From contig JBNKCR010000020.1 in the NCBI GenBank assembly GCA_050287845.1, forward strand, positions 16,252-80,251: a stretch of DNA of 64,000 bases, read 5' to 3'. A program made the position numbers and the translations under genes. This document shows, piece by piece, positions 48,613 through 58,139 of this stretch (the stretch's first letter is position 1; the number at the start of each line of letters is the position of its first letter). The notes below the pieces were generated by a model. The model was given only the letters and a program-made list of their open reading frames with translations, was not told the origin of the DNA and made no database searches. The stretch is from Polyangia bacterium (GTDB lineage Bacteria > Myxococcota_A > Polyangia > JAAYKL01).

Positions 48613-48709
48613 CCGGCGTATTCTTAAGCATTTTGTCACTGATTGTCACGACCGGCATCCGCACATTTATGTGATACGGGTAAATAGTGTGATATAAAAA
48701 CAACGATTA

Positions 48710-49567
48710 TTGGAATTTTACGGCTTCGATGGAGCGCGCCCGATGGATGTGTTGCAGAGAACAGGTCGAGCAGGCATTGGTTTTATCCAGTATATATTTA
48801 TGCTGTTTGCCCTGTTTTATCTTTCCATCAAGGTTATCTGGACCAATCGGGATCTGGGCAAGCGGGAGCTTTTTCGCCAGATTTTTCTGCAGATTTATTT
48901 TACCGGAGTGCAGGCAATCGTTCCTGTATCGCTGGTGGCTGTTGCAGTGGGGACCTTTGCCATTGTAAGTGGTCTTGGCAGCGCCGGATTCATTATGACC
49001 GGGTCTTCCAATATCGGGCGAATCATCACCGTGGTCGTCATTCGGGAAATTTCGCCTCTTTTGACAGGGGGTATCGTTATTGTGCGTTCGGCAACGGCGA
49101 TTGCGGCGGAGCTGGGGAGCATGCGGGTGCAACGGGAAATTGAGGCACTGGAGGCCATGGGTATATCACCGGTATTGCAGCTGTTGACTCCGCGAATTTT
49201 CGGTGGACTGATATCTCTTGCCGGGCTGAATGTGATATTCGACGCAGTGGCGCTGGTGATAGGATTTCTGCTTTCACAGACAATGATTTCACTTCCCGCC
49301 GATGTTTTTTTCAGATCGGTCTTTTCCGCGGTGACCCCCATCGATTTGGTGGGGTTGCTCATGAAGGTGCTGGTTGGCGGCATCGGTATCTTTGTGATTG
49401 CCTGCTATCACGGCATGTCGGTCGGACGGTCTTCCACAGAAGTGCCGGTGGCAGTGTCCCGGGCATCCCTCAATGCATTGGTTTTTCTGCTTATTGTGGA
49501 TTTGGGACTGTCGTCGACCCTGATTCTGTTCCACGACGCCGGCAAATATCTGGGAGGTGTGATGTGA
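48710..49567 (+). CDS. mlaE: MlaE family ABC permease
   Basis: RE..PL.T......RS..AIAAELGSM....EI.ALE.MG, V..A. Confidence 0.9.
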   Translation: MEFYGFDGARPMDVLQRTGRAGIGFIQYIFMLFALFYLSIKVIWTNRDLGKRELFRQIFLQIYFTGVQAIVPVSLVAVAVGTFAIVSGLGSAGFIMTGSSNIGRIITVVVIREISPLLTGGIVIVRSATAIAAELGSMRVQREIEALEAMGISPVLQLLTPRIFGGLISLAGLNVIFDAVALVIGFLLSQTMISLPADVFFRSVFSAVTPIDLVGLLMKVLVGGIGIFVIACYHGMSVGRSSTEVPVAVSRASLNALVFLLIVDLGLSSTLILFHDAGKYLGGVM

Positions 49568-50292
49568 CCGACGCCATCCCCATTCTGCGATTGACCGATG
49601 GTCTGCGTTTCGCTTCAGCCAATGTGGAATACAGTGTCGCGCCCATTCGATGCCATGCCGGAGACTGGGTGGCATTTGTACCGGCAGGGCCTGATCCGGT
49701 GACCGACCCGTCGGGAACACTGGCGAGAACCCTCATGACCCTGAGCGCGCCCACGCAGGGAACGGTGGAGATTTTCGGCATTGACGGATATCAGATTCCC
49801 TATCGGGAGGTGCAGCGACTGCGATCGCGCATTGGATTTGTCCAGGGGTTCGGCGGACTTCTTTCGAATCGTACTATCCGGGAAAATGTGGCGTTGCCGG
49901 CAGCGGTACATGGAAAAATCGGGGTGAAGGAAGAAGATCGCATGGTGGATGAAGTGCTGTCCCGGTTCAGGCTTCGATCGGTTCAGGATCTGCATCCTCA
50001 TCTGGTGGATGGGTATACCCGATGGCGGGCCTGTCTGTCCCGGGCGCTGATTCTCCATCCGGGATATGTGGTGCTGGAAGGCATTGGTGACTGGGAAATG
50101 GATTCCGGTAAGGGGGTAGCGTGGGCTGGCATTCAGGCATACCATCGGCGAGGTGACAATGTGATCTGCGTGTGTGCGTCCCGCCGAAACAGCGGCTTTG
50201 AAAACTGGTTTGTGGAAAACGGTGGTATACTGGTGGAGTATGTTGATCGTTCTGGCAGACGGGCTTCTCTCCCCGGAGACGTGCCGTTTTGA
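49564..50292 (+). CDS. MlaF-like ABC ATPase, degenerate
   Basis: P..G.V...G, R.RIGFVQG.GGLLSN.T..ENVALP, RAL...P; Walker A/B and signature not canonical. Confidence 0.7.
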   Translation: MTDAIPILRLTDGLRFASANVEYSVAPIRCHAGDWVAFVPAGPDPVTDPSGTLARTLMTLSAPTQGTVEIFGIDGYQIPYREVQRLRSRIGFVQGFGGLLSNRTIRENVALPAAVHGKIGVKEEDRMVDEVLSRFRLRSVQDLHPHLVDGYTRWRACLSRALILHPGYVVLEGIGDWEMDSGKGVAWAGIQAYHRRGDNVICVCASRRNSGFENWFVENGGILVEYVDRSGRRASLPGDVPF

Positions 50293-50305
50293 AGGAGCAT
50301 AGTCG

Positions 50306-51412
50306 GTGAAAATCTATCTCTCATATCGCGAACGGGTTGCCGGTTTTTTCATTCTGGCCACTGTGATGCTGATTACCGCGTTTGTTTTTGGTGCCGCCGT
50401 GGAGAACCTGTGGTTTACGCCCAAAGATATTTTCCACGTACACGTGGTGCGGGGTGACGGTCTTGGAAAGGGATCGCCGGTGCTTCTGTCGGGCGTGGAA
50501 ATCGGGAACCTGGGGAATCTGAAAATTATGAAGGATGGCAGAGTGGATGTGGAACTGAAAATTCAGAAGAAGCATTCTCACAGAATCACCTCTGCCACCC
50601 GGGCGCAGATTCGCCGCGCCATGGGTATTGGAGAAAAGCGGGTGCTTTTATATGTTCCGATGGACCACGACGACGCACGGGCGTTGCCTCTTCGGGCCAA
50701 TGCGGTGATTCCTGCGGACGAGCCTCGGGATTTGCTGGATGTGGTGGCCACGCTGGATTTGGGTAAGTATCTGGACACCCTCGATCGGGCGGTGGGTTCC
50801 CTGGATTTACTGCTGCAGAAATTTGATGAGGAAGACCGGATGGCCCGGATGGTGGAAGCGTTCGATAAACTGGGGCCAACCCTCGACATTATGCAGTCAT
50901 TTTTTTCCGAGATTCAGCAGCCCATGGTGGACCTCATCAGCGATCCGGCGATGCGCAACGCCTTCAAGGGGGGCGCGAAGCTGTTTAACGACCCCAAAAC
51001 CCGAAAGCTGATTCATACTCTGGCTAAAACGCTGGAACCGGAGCGGCTGGACAGTCTGCTCACCAAAAGCGATCGGCTGATCACATCACTGGATACGCTG
51101 CTGGTGGAGGACGGGCACATGCAGCGCACACTGGCTGGGGCGGACCGGCTGATGAACGACGGGAAACTGGAAGCCACCCTTGCGTCCATTCAGAAACTGA
51201 CCACCGACAAAAAACTTGAAAAATTGCTGCAGAATATGAGTGTGCTCTCAGTGCAGATGGCCAAAATCGGACCGGAAATTCCCAGCATGACCAAAGAGCT
51301 GAACGCCACCATGCGGGAGCTTTCCATCGTGCTCAAAGCCCTCCAGAAAACATGGCTCCTCGATGAAGAAGCCGCCGAAGTCATTAAGGATATGAAGAAG
51401 CACAAAAAATAG
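50306..51412 (+). CDS. mlaD: MlaD/MCE family protein with long helical C-terminus
   Basis: VAG.F.L TM, GL..GSPV.LSGV.IG, IGEK.V. Confidence 0.85.
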   Translation: MKIYLSYRERVAGFFILATVMLITAFVFGAAVENLWFTPKDIFHVHVVRGDGLGKGSPVLLSGVEIGNLGNLKIMKDGRVDVELKIQKKHSHRITSATRAQIRRAMGIGEKRVLLYVPMDHDDARALPLRANAVIPADEPRDLLDVVATLDLGKYLDTLDRAVGSLDLLLQKFDEEDRMARMVEAFDKLGPTLDIMQSFFSEIQQPMVDLISDPAMRNAFKGGAKLFNDPKTRKLIHTLAKTLEPERLDSLLTKSDRLITSLDTLLVEDGHMQRTLAGADRLMNDGKLEATLASIQKLTTDKKLEKLLQNMSVLSVQMAKIGPEIPSMTKELNATMRELSIVLKALQKTWLLDEEAAEVIKDMKKHKK

Positions 51413-51614
51413 ATGTGTTCACGAAAGACGAATCGCCTCCGGGTATCCCGGGAGCGGCGCGTTCGGAGTAGCATGCTCGGGCAGGTGTGGACAGCACCGT
51501 TTTTTGCCTTGCCCATCGCCGGATGATCCATTATGTTGCCCAGTCGATGATCCGGCGTAAAACCGGGCGTCCGCGCCGGTGCGATGGGTATTTCCGGCAG
51601 ATGGAGACAGTGTC

Positions 51615-52136
51615 ATGAGTTTGAAGCGTTCAATACAGACCTTTTTTAAAGACCCGGAACCGACGGACCAGTTTTCCGATGTGGAACCCGGTGTGAATAT
51701 TGTGGATGGCGTGGTGAAAATTGAGGAACCGCTGCGGTCGCCTGTTCGCGGGCAGAACTGCATCGGATATCATTATCAATCCTTTCTGATTATTCAGAGC
51801 CGTCGCGCGCCGCAGCCTACGGTGCAGAAAATTCGGGAAGCCGAGGTGTATTCTCCTTTTGATCTGGTGATGGAAGGGGGCACGATTCATGTGATTCCAC
51901 CCAAACCGGCAAAATTCACAAGAGATACTCATACGGAATTGAAGTCCCATTACGGGGACAATTTTCAAGGAGTGGAAGACATCATTCTACCTGGGGCGAA
52001 AGTGCGATTGAAGGGTAAAATGAAAGTGATTGACGGTAAACCCACTTTGAAAATGTCCCTGATTTCGGTGCTCGAAAAACAGACCATGGCCAAAGGCGTT
52101 GTGGGCGATCGCAAAAAGCGAAAGAAGAAAAACTGA
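51615..52136 (+). CDS. Hypothetical protein, GIDE-like OB-fold domain
   Basis: G......L.SP..G..C..Y, PF.L....G...V, E..I.PG..V...G pattern. Confidence 0.5.
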   Translation: MSLKRSIQTFFKDPEPTDQFSDVEPGVNIVDGVVKIEEPLRSPVRGQNCIGYHYQSFLIIQSRRAPQPTVQKIREAEVYSPFDLVMEGGTIHVIPPKPAKFTRDTHTELKSHYGDNFQGVEDIILPGAKVRLKGKMKVIDGKPTLKMSLISVLEKQTMAKGVVGDRKKRKKKN

Positions 52137-52508
52137 CCTGCCTCTGATTCCGTCCTCAGCCAGTTGAACTGTTTCTTCCGTAAAATCAGGCGTTTTAAGT
52201 GAACCACACAGGGCACCGGAGGATTCCGAAGCAAAATGGGGTCAAGACCGAATCATTCATCTGTCGTTTTTGAGGAGGCGCACTCGGAGGCGCACTCAAT
52301 GAGGATTGCATGAGTCGTTATTGAACCACCGGGTCAATGGCACCCCGTGGGTGTATCACCCGGTCAAAGGGGTGAACCTTTCGGGTAGAATATGACCGTC
52401 TATGGTGTCAACACTCTGAAATTATTCGTTTTTTGTGTGCCCCTCTTTTCTTTTTCACAGCTGTGGTTTATGATTGATATATTCCCGGGGGGGAAAATTG
52501 AGGTTCTT

Positions 52509-52898
52509 ATGTCGATTGCCAAAAAAGTGATGCTTCCCACATCTGACCCCGGCGTATATGCGGATATTTTTATTGACGAAATGCGCCAACAAACCGGGTG
52601 CAGTGACGCCTTCCTGATGGAAGCCAGACCTGCTCTGGTGAAATTGTACCGGGACGTGAAGGGGGAAGCCCTGGAGAACTGTCTGGATGATGTGCGGCAG
52701 TTGATTGCTCAGCAGGCCGAAACAGAGCGGGTCTGTGAGCGGGCGAAAGAAGATGCCCGCAGGTTGGAGCAGACGCAACGTCAGCTGGATAACGATATTC
52801 GGGCAATGCACCGGCAGGTCATGGATATTCGCGACACACTGCAGGCGACGGCACTCACTGTGTACGCCATGAAGAATTCTTTTGCCGGTAAAGCCTGA
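52509..52898 (+). CDS. Hypothetical coiled-coil protein
   Basis: GAGGT RBS; heptad-rich C-terminal half. Confidence 0.55.
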   Translation: MSIAKKVMLPTSDPGVYADIFIDEMRQQTGCSDAFLMEARPALVKLYRDVKGEALENCLDDVRQLIAQQAETERVCERAKEDARRLEQTQRQLDNDIRAMHRQVMDIRDTLQATALTVYAMKNSFAGKA

Positions 52899-53053
52899 CC
52901 GCAGCGGTTTAATGCCGGTACAATAAACCGAATCCGGTTGGCACGGGTCCCGAACCAACGATACGGTATTCGATGGATGACCGGCTCACTGGAGACGCTC
53001 CGTCATTGTCATTCGCAGTTTCTTTTTTGTTATTCATCGTTAGATAAAAACAT

Positions 53054-53836
53054 ATGCGACGTTTTATATTTGCGATCATTTTGCTCAGCCCCCTGTTCGT
53101 CGCCTGCGATAGCACGGCGCGGGCGAAACAGTATGCTTCCGGTTTGTCTTTTACTGCGTCAAATCAATCTGGCACTGCGACGCGTTTTAACGCATCACGG
53201 TTTAAATCGAACCTGCGTCTTCCAGCTCCCCGCAATTTCGTTTATCAGGAGAAATTTGTTTCATTTGGCAACGCGTCTGTCCGATACCTGGAAACGGGAA
53301 TGAATCATCAGCTCCCAATTGTACTGTTGCATGGCGCCCAGCTTCGCGCCGAATCCTGGAAGGATTTGGGCACCATGCGCTATTTGGCCAGTCGTGGTTT
53401 TCACGTGGTCTCCGCGGATCTCCCCAGACATGGAAAAACCGGGAATCCCGCGGTGTCGAAAGGCGACTATCTGGAGCGTTTTTTAGAAAGCGCCGCCATC
53501 CGCAACCCCGTCGTTCTCGCTCAGTCCTATGCGGGATCGTACGTACTGCCGTTTCTGGTGAAACATCGACCAATGGTCAAGGGGGTTATCCTGCTCGCGC
53601 CGACGAACGTCAGGGACTACATTGACCAGCTAAGACGCCTGTCTGTGCCATCTCTCATTCTGTGGGGGGGAGCCGACGAAATGATCTCCGTGCAGCAGGC
53701 CTCTCTACTGCATCATGCGCTGACTGGAAGCATCCTGAAAGTATTCCCCGGGGCGCCGCACGAATGCTACAAAACCAGTAAGTCGCAATTTCATGCGGAA
53801 ATCGGACGGTTTGCAACCCAGCTGCGGGAACATTAA
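53054..53836 (+). CDS. Alpha/beta hydrolase, ABHD14-like, lipoprotein
   Basis: FVAC lipobox; LLHG....W..LGT, DLP.HG, SY.G, WG..D, H.CY. Confidence 0.82.
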   Translation: MRRFIFAIILLSPLFVACDSTARAKQYASGLSFTASNQSGTATRFNASRFKSNLRLPAPRNFVYQEKFVSFGNASVRYLETGMNHQLPIVLLHGAQLRAESWKDLGTMRYLASRGFHVVSADLPRHGKTGNPAVSKGDYLERFLESAAIRNPVVLAQSYAGSYVLPFLVKHRPMVKGVILLAPTNVRDYIDQLRRLSVPSLILWGGADEMISVQQASLLHHALTGSILKVFPGAPHECYKTSKSQFHAEIGRFATQLREH

Positions 53837-53865
53837 AGAATGGACATTATCGCGGTGTCTGAATG

Positions 53866-53946
53866 CCCCAACCAAAAGTCTCAGAGTCCCCAACCAAAAG
53901 TCTCAGAGTCTCCCAACCAAAAGTCTCAGAGTCATTTTGAGGGGGT
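53866..53946. repeat. Three tandem ~22-bp repeats (CCCAACCAAAAGTCTCAGAGT) plus CATTTTGAGGGGGT tail
   Basis: Read directly from the sequence; related to the repeat cluster at 61441-61590. Confidence 0.9.
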
Positions 53947-54201
53947 GCGAAAATAGCATTTATCCGAAAAAATTTGCATCAGGAATTGCAACAGCAATTG
54001 CAACGGTGTTCGAATCCATTGAAATTTTTCACTTTGAATCAATCCCTGGATACACCAGTGCGTTGTTTTGAGGTTTCCGTCTTCAGAAACCTCAAAGGCA
54101 GGTAAAAAAAGGTTTACATCGCAGTGGTTTTTCGTCTTTATCCACTTGAAGTTGAATGTATTCCACCAAATGCAGTAAGGGGAATGCAATGAGGCGAATG
54201 C

Positions 54202-54768
54202 ATGGATAATGACAGTTTACTCGAGGGGCTCTGCAACCGGGACTCCACCTGCCAGAAACAATTCTGGAATACATATTGGCCCAGAGTATACGCCATATGC
54301 GCACGCATCCTCGGCGGGGGTGCCGATGCCACGGATTTGACGGTGGATTTGCTGACAGAATTTATTGATTGCCGGGTGCAGCATGTGGAACAGGCTGCCG
54401 CGATGGGAGGGTATCTCAGGCTGATGGCGGTTCGACGCGCGTTGGATTTCAGACAGAAGCGTGCCCGATTCAGCGAACTGAAATTTGAAATGCGCGACAC
54501 CTCGAGTCTTTCTCCTGAGGAAACGGCAATGGTCCGGAATCTGATGCCACGGCTGGAACATTGTTTGCCAACGCTGACCCCGAAAGCACAGCAAGTACTG
54601 CGACTCAGATTCAATGAACAGTTGAGCAATGAACGGATTGGCACAATACTGGGCGGTTCCAGGCAATACATCGGTCGTCTGATTCGCCAGAGTCTGGATG
54701 TCCTTCGACTCTGCATCGAAAAAGGTGTGACCGAAACGCTGATGCTGAAACAGGAGACGCAACAATGA
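54202..54768 (+). CDS. ECF sigma-70 factor
   Basis: Region 2 (Y..R.Y....RILG....A.D, A.RRALD..R) and region 4 (L..L....Q.VL.LRF...S.E.IG..LG). Confidence 0.85.
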   Translation: MDNDSLLEGLCNRDSTCQKQFWNTYWPRVYAICARILGGGADATDLTVDLLTEFIDCRVQHVEQAAAMGGYLRLMAVRRALDFRQKRARFSELKFEMRDTSSLSPEETAMVRNLMPRLEHCLPTLTPKAQQVLRLRFNEQLSNERIGTILGGSRQYIGRLIRQSLDVLRLCIEKGVTETLMLKQETQQ

Positions 54769-55589
54769 CCGCGGAGAAACAGATTACCTCGGACGATGTG
54801 GCATTGTTGCTCTCTCATCGCAAAATTGAGCTGCAGGAAATTCACCACGATGCACTTCAGCAGATTGCACTCGTGATGTCGGGAGAAGCCAGCCCGGCGG
54901 TAATTGAAGCCGTTGACGCCCATTTGGCCACCTGTCGCGATTGCAGGGAAGCGCTGCTCATGTTGCATCCCATGACCGAGACGCGGGAAGTTGATCAAGC
55001 GGTAATTCCTTTTTCGCCAAATCCGAAGCGGTTTTCAGGAACGACGAGAATGGCGGTATCCTTTGCCGCAGCAATCTTGGTTGCGGGTGCGCTGTTCGCC
55101 TGGTGGTGGCCAACACCAACTTCCCCGGTAGTACCGTCCCACACTACGCAGTTGTCCCCCAAGGGCGGCGACTTGATTTCGGCAGTGGTCCGTCGGGAGA
55201 ACCGTCTGTTGCATGCCCGACATCTGATGTCGCTGAAACCGGGGGATCAGCTTGGTTTCTTCTATTCAGCCGGCCGACCAGGCTATCTCGCTCTGTTGAC
55301 CCGGGACAGCACAGGCGCAGTTTTCGTGCAGTTCCCCGGAGAGGGACATCAGAGCAGCCCGGTGAGTGCGGGCGTGGACGTGTCTCTTCCGGATGGGGCA
55401 ATGGTTGACACCGTGAGTGAATGTGAATGGATTATCGGCGTATTTTCTGATACGGCGCTGCCCCTCGATGCATTGAGAGAATCGGTGGAGAATGCAAAAG
55501 AAACCGATACGGATTGCCAACTGCAACTGGAGATTCCCGAAGTTCGGTCCCTGGAAATCCTTTCCTTCCGGAAGGAGCGCGACCAATGA
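54765..55589 (+). CDS. Anti-sigma factor: zf-HC2 (ZAS) + TM helix + DUF4384-like periplasmic domain
   Basis: HLATCRDCR; AAAILVAGALFAWWW TM; KGG, L.PGD.L.F, YL.L...D..G.....FP; ATGA overlap with the sigma gene. Confidence 0.82.
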   Translation: MTAEKQITSDDVALLLSHRKIELQEIHHDALQQIALVMSGEASPAVIEAVDAHLATCRDCREALLMLHPMTETREVDQAVIPFSPNPKRFSGTTRMAVSFAAAILVAGALFAWWWPTPTSPVVPSHTTQLSPKGGDLISAVVRRENRLLHARHLMSLKPGDQLGFFYSAGRPGYLALLTRDSTGAVFVQFPGEGHQSSPVSAGVDVSLPDGAMVDTVSECEWIIGVFSDTALPLDALRESVENAKETDTDCQLQLEIPEVRSLEILSFRKERDQ

Positions 55590-57229
55590 CGCCGAAAGGC
55601 TGTTTGGCAGCTGTCATCGTGCTGATGCTGTTTTTTTCATCATCCGCCGCTGCAGTCACCATGCGGTATGCCCTGATTATCGGAAACAATGTGGGGGTGG
55701 ATGAGCAGGGAGAGGAGCCGTTTCCCCCGCTTCTTCACGCGAAGCGGGAAGCTGAACGGCTTCGGCGGCAGTTGATTGATGTCGCGAACTTCGATGAGTC
55801 CGAAGCGCGCACCCGCCTGCTCATCAATGCGACCCGGGCCGAAGTGAGCGATGCATTTGCGAGTCTTGCCAGACAGCGAAAAAAGGATACTGAATTGATC
55901 GAAGATATGGAATCTATTTTCTTTCTCTATTACACCGGGCATGGATTATCCGGCCGATTACTCCTCAGCGATGGCCCCATGTCCAGTCAGACCCTCACCC
56001 GTCTGTTCAACAGAGTGGGTGCGGATTTTTCAGTGGGTGTGTTTGACGCCTGCTACGCCGGCAGTCTTGATACCCTGCTGAAAAAGAAAGGGATGCGCCC
56101 CGTCCGCGGACTGAGTGTGGCTAAAGAGATGCCCGATCAGGTGCTCTCCGCCAAAGGCAGCATCTGGTTCGTTTCGAGTGGTGCGGGGCAGCCGAGCTAC
56201 GAAGATCGGCAGCTGGGCGGTGTATTCACCCATTTTTTTATTGAGGCGCTGGATAAGGCCGGCAGCGATGGACCGGGCATCACCCTGGAGCGCATCTGGC
56301 ACTACGCGCGCCAAAAAACCATTGACTATACCATGAGTAACAACCGTCATCAGATCCCGGAGCAGTTTGTCTCGAAGCTGCGTTCTCTGGCGCCGGTGTA
56401 TTTCAGTTTTCCAAATCGAAAAAGCGCGAAACTCATCTTGTCCGAAAATCTCCATGGTCGCTTTGCGCTTTCATACGCAGATGGCCTGCTGGTGAAGGTG
56501 TTTGAAAAGAAAGAGGGCCAGAAGAAGGAAATCGTGGTGTATCCTGGAAAAATGGAATTGTTCCACTTTGATGGACTGGTAGGCAGGGAAACGGCCACGA
56601 TGCATGTGGAAGCCGGGGAAACGCTGGTGGTACATCCCCTGCCTGAGTCACCGCCCAGAACCGGAATCGGACAAAACGTGGAACGGCTATTTGCCAAAGG
56701 TATCGGCTCCGGAGTACTGACGGCAACGGCAATAAAACCGGGACGAACCGTTATCTGGGGACTTGGATATGGGGTAGCGTTCGTGTCCCATATCATGCTG
56801 CATCCACGTTACCAGCTGTTGCTGCCGATTCGAATCGATTCAAACCGCTGGTTTGGTTCGACACAACTGATGTTTTCAGGTGATCGGCGTCGTTATCCCG
56901 GGTTGTCCTATCGGGCGGTTTCATTGGGAGTGGAAGGAAGCGGCGGACGTCGTTTCGGTTTCTCGCAATTTGACCTTCAGCTGGGGATGGGACTGCACCT
57001 CTCCCATGTCTGGCAAAAATATGATGACAGTCACGGATATGCTCAGAAAGGTTGGTCGTTCTACCCATCCGGGCAAATCGGCATCATTTTTCCGCCAAAG
57101 GGAAAGTGGCTATGGGAACTGTCAGGAAATCTGGGACCGCTGTACGGCCCCGGGGCGGCTGAAATATCTACCCATTCGTGGCACGTTGCCGGTGGTATTC
57201 GTGCAACGATATTCTGGAAAGGGTTTTAG
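55586..57229 (+). CDS. Exported caspase-family (peptidase C14) protein with beta-barrel-like C-terminus
   Basis: Signal peptide; RYALIIGNN, YYTGHG (His), FDACYAG (Cys), S.E....GVFT..F..AL, Q.P; C-terminal amphipathic strands ending in Phe. Confidence 0.85.
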   Translation: MTPKGCLAAVIVLMLFFSSSAAAVTMRYALIIGNNVGVDEQGEEPFPPLLHAKREAERLRRQLIDVANFDESEARTRLLINATRAEVSDAFASLARQRKKDTELIEDMESIFFLYYTGHGLSGRLLLSDGPMSSQTLTRLFNRVGADFSVGVFDACYAGSLDTLLKKKGMRPVRGLSVAKEMPDQVLSAKGSIWFVSSGAGQPSYEDRQLGGVFTHFFIEALDKAGSDGPGITLERIWHYARQKTIDYTMSNNRHQIPEQFVSKLRSLAPVYFSFPNRKSAKLILSENLHGRFALSYADGLLVKVFEKKEGQKKEIVVYPGKMELFHFDGLVGRETATMHVEAGETLVVHPLPESPPRTGIGQNVERLFAKGIGSGVLTATAIKPGRTVIWGLGYGVAFVSHIMLHPRYQLLLPIRIDSNRWFGSTQLMFSGDRRRYPGLSYRAVSLGVEGSGGRRFGFSQFDLQLGMGLHLSHVWQKYDDSHGYAQKGWSFYPSGQIGIIFPPKGKWLWELSGNLGPLYGPGAAEISTHSWHVAGGIRATIFWKGF

Positions 57230-57230
57230 A

Positions 57231-58118
57231 ATGGATTCCGTGAGAGCGATGGCATGGTTGCTGTTGTCAATTGTGATTGGGGGGTGCGGGGGTAACGGAA
57301 CGGATTGCATCGAAAACAGTGAATGCGACCCGGGGGAGCAGTGTTCCAGGGGAAATTGTGTTTCAATGGACGGCAGCGATTCTCAGGAGGATACCGCATC
57401 AGGCACTGATACAGACACAGATTCCGGTACAGATTCCGGTACAGATTCCGGTACAGCCTCAGACTCGGCTACCGGCGAAGACTCAGATTCAAATTCAGAC
57501 ACGACAACAGATGCAGAAACCGTCTGCATTGATCCCGGTTGGGTCACCAGCGACGACGACGGGCAGGCGTTGCACGAAATCGCGTTAATCAATCGCAAGG
57601 TCGCCTATTATCTGAAAGATATGTTTGAATCCGGCGGTCTCAATGTGGTGATGACAGTACCACCGGATGATTTGGATGAATTGTATGCCATGTACACCAA
57701 CGACGGTGTGAACAATGAATATCAGTATTTTCCGGCGGTCGCCAACACGGAACGGGTGACGGTATGCGATAATGCCAATTCGGACTATGTGATTTCCATT
57801 CACCACAACACCTCCAGCGACACAACGATCAACTATACCCGCGTATATTTTTATTACGATCATTCAGAACAATGGGGAGACGCCACCCATGCTGCGGTGG
57901 AGCAGGCAATGGAAACGGTGCCCCGAAACGACGGGGTCGGTGCATACGGAAGAGCGGACTACGCCATTCTCACCGGCATCGATTCCGACATTCCCGGCAT
58001 CATGGTATTTGCTTCTTTTTTTTCCAACCCGCAGGAAGAAGTGAGGTTGAACAGCAATGCGTACCTGGAAAATGAAGCAGCTGCCATTTACGAAGCATTC
58101 ACCACAACCTGGCAATAG
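57231..58118 (+). CDS. Lipoprotein: Cys-rich module, D/S/T linker, degenerate Amidase_3 domain
   Basis: IGGC lipobox; C.....C......C....C; IDPG, G..V.MT, ER....N, ISIH.N, P......F.SNP.E..RL......A..I. Confidence 0.75.
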   Translation: MDSVRAMAWLLLSIVIGGCGGNGTDCIENSECDPGEQCSRGNCVSMDGSDSQEDTASGTDTDTDSGTDSGTDSGTASDSATGEDSDSNSDTTTDAETVCIDPGWVTSDDDGQALHEIALINRKVAYYLKDMFESGGLNVVMTVPPDDLDELYAMYTNDGVNNEYQYFPAVANTERVTVCDNANSDYVISIHHNTSSDTTINYTRVYFYYDHSEQWGDATHAAVEQAMETVPRNDGVGAYGRADYAILTGIDSDIPGIMVFASFFSNPQEEVRLNSNAYLENEAAAIYEAFTTTWQ

Positions 58119-58139
58119 CGCAACGAAAGGGACGAGTTT

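Noticed and set aside
53866..53946. Possible CRISPR array
   Set aside because: Repeats are directly abutting with no unique spacers, and no cas genes are in the window
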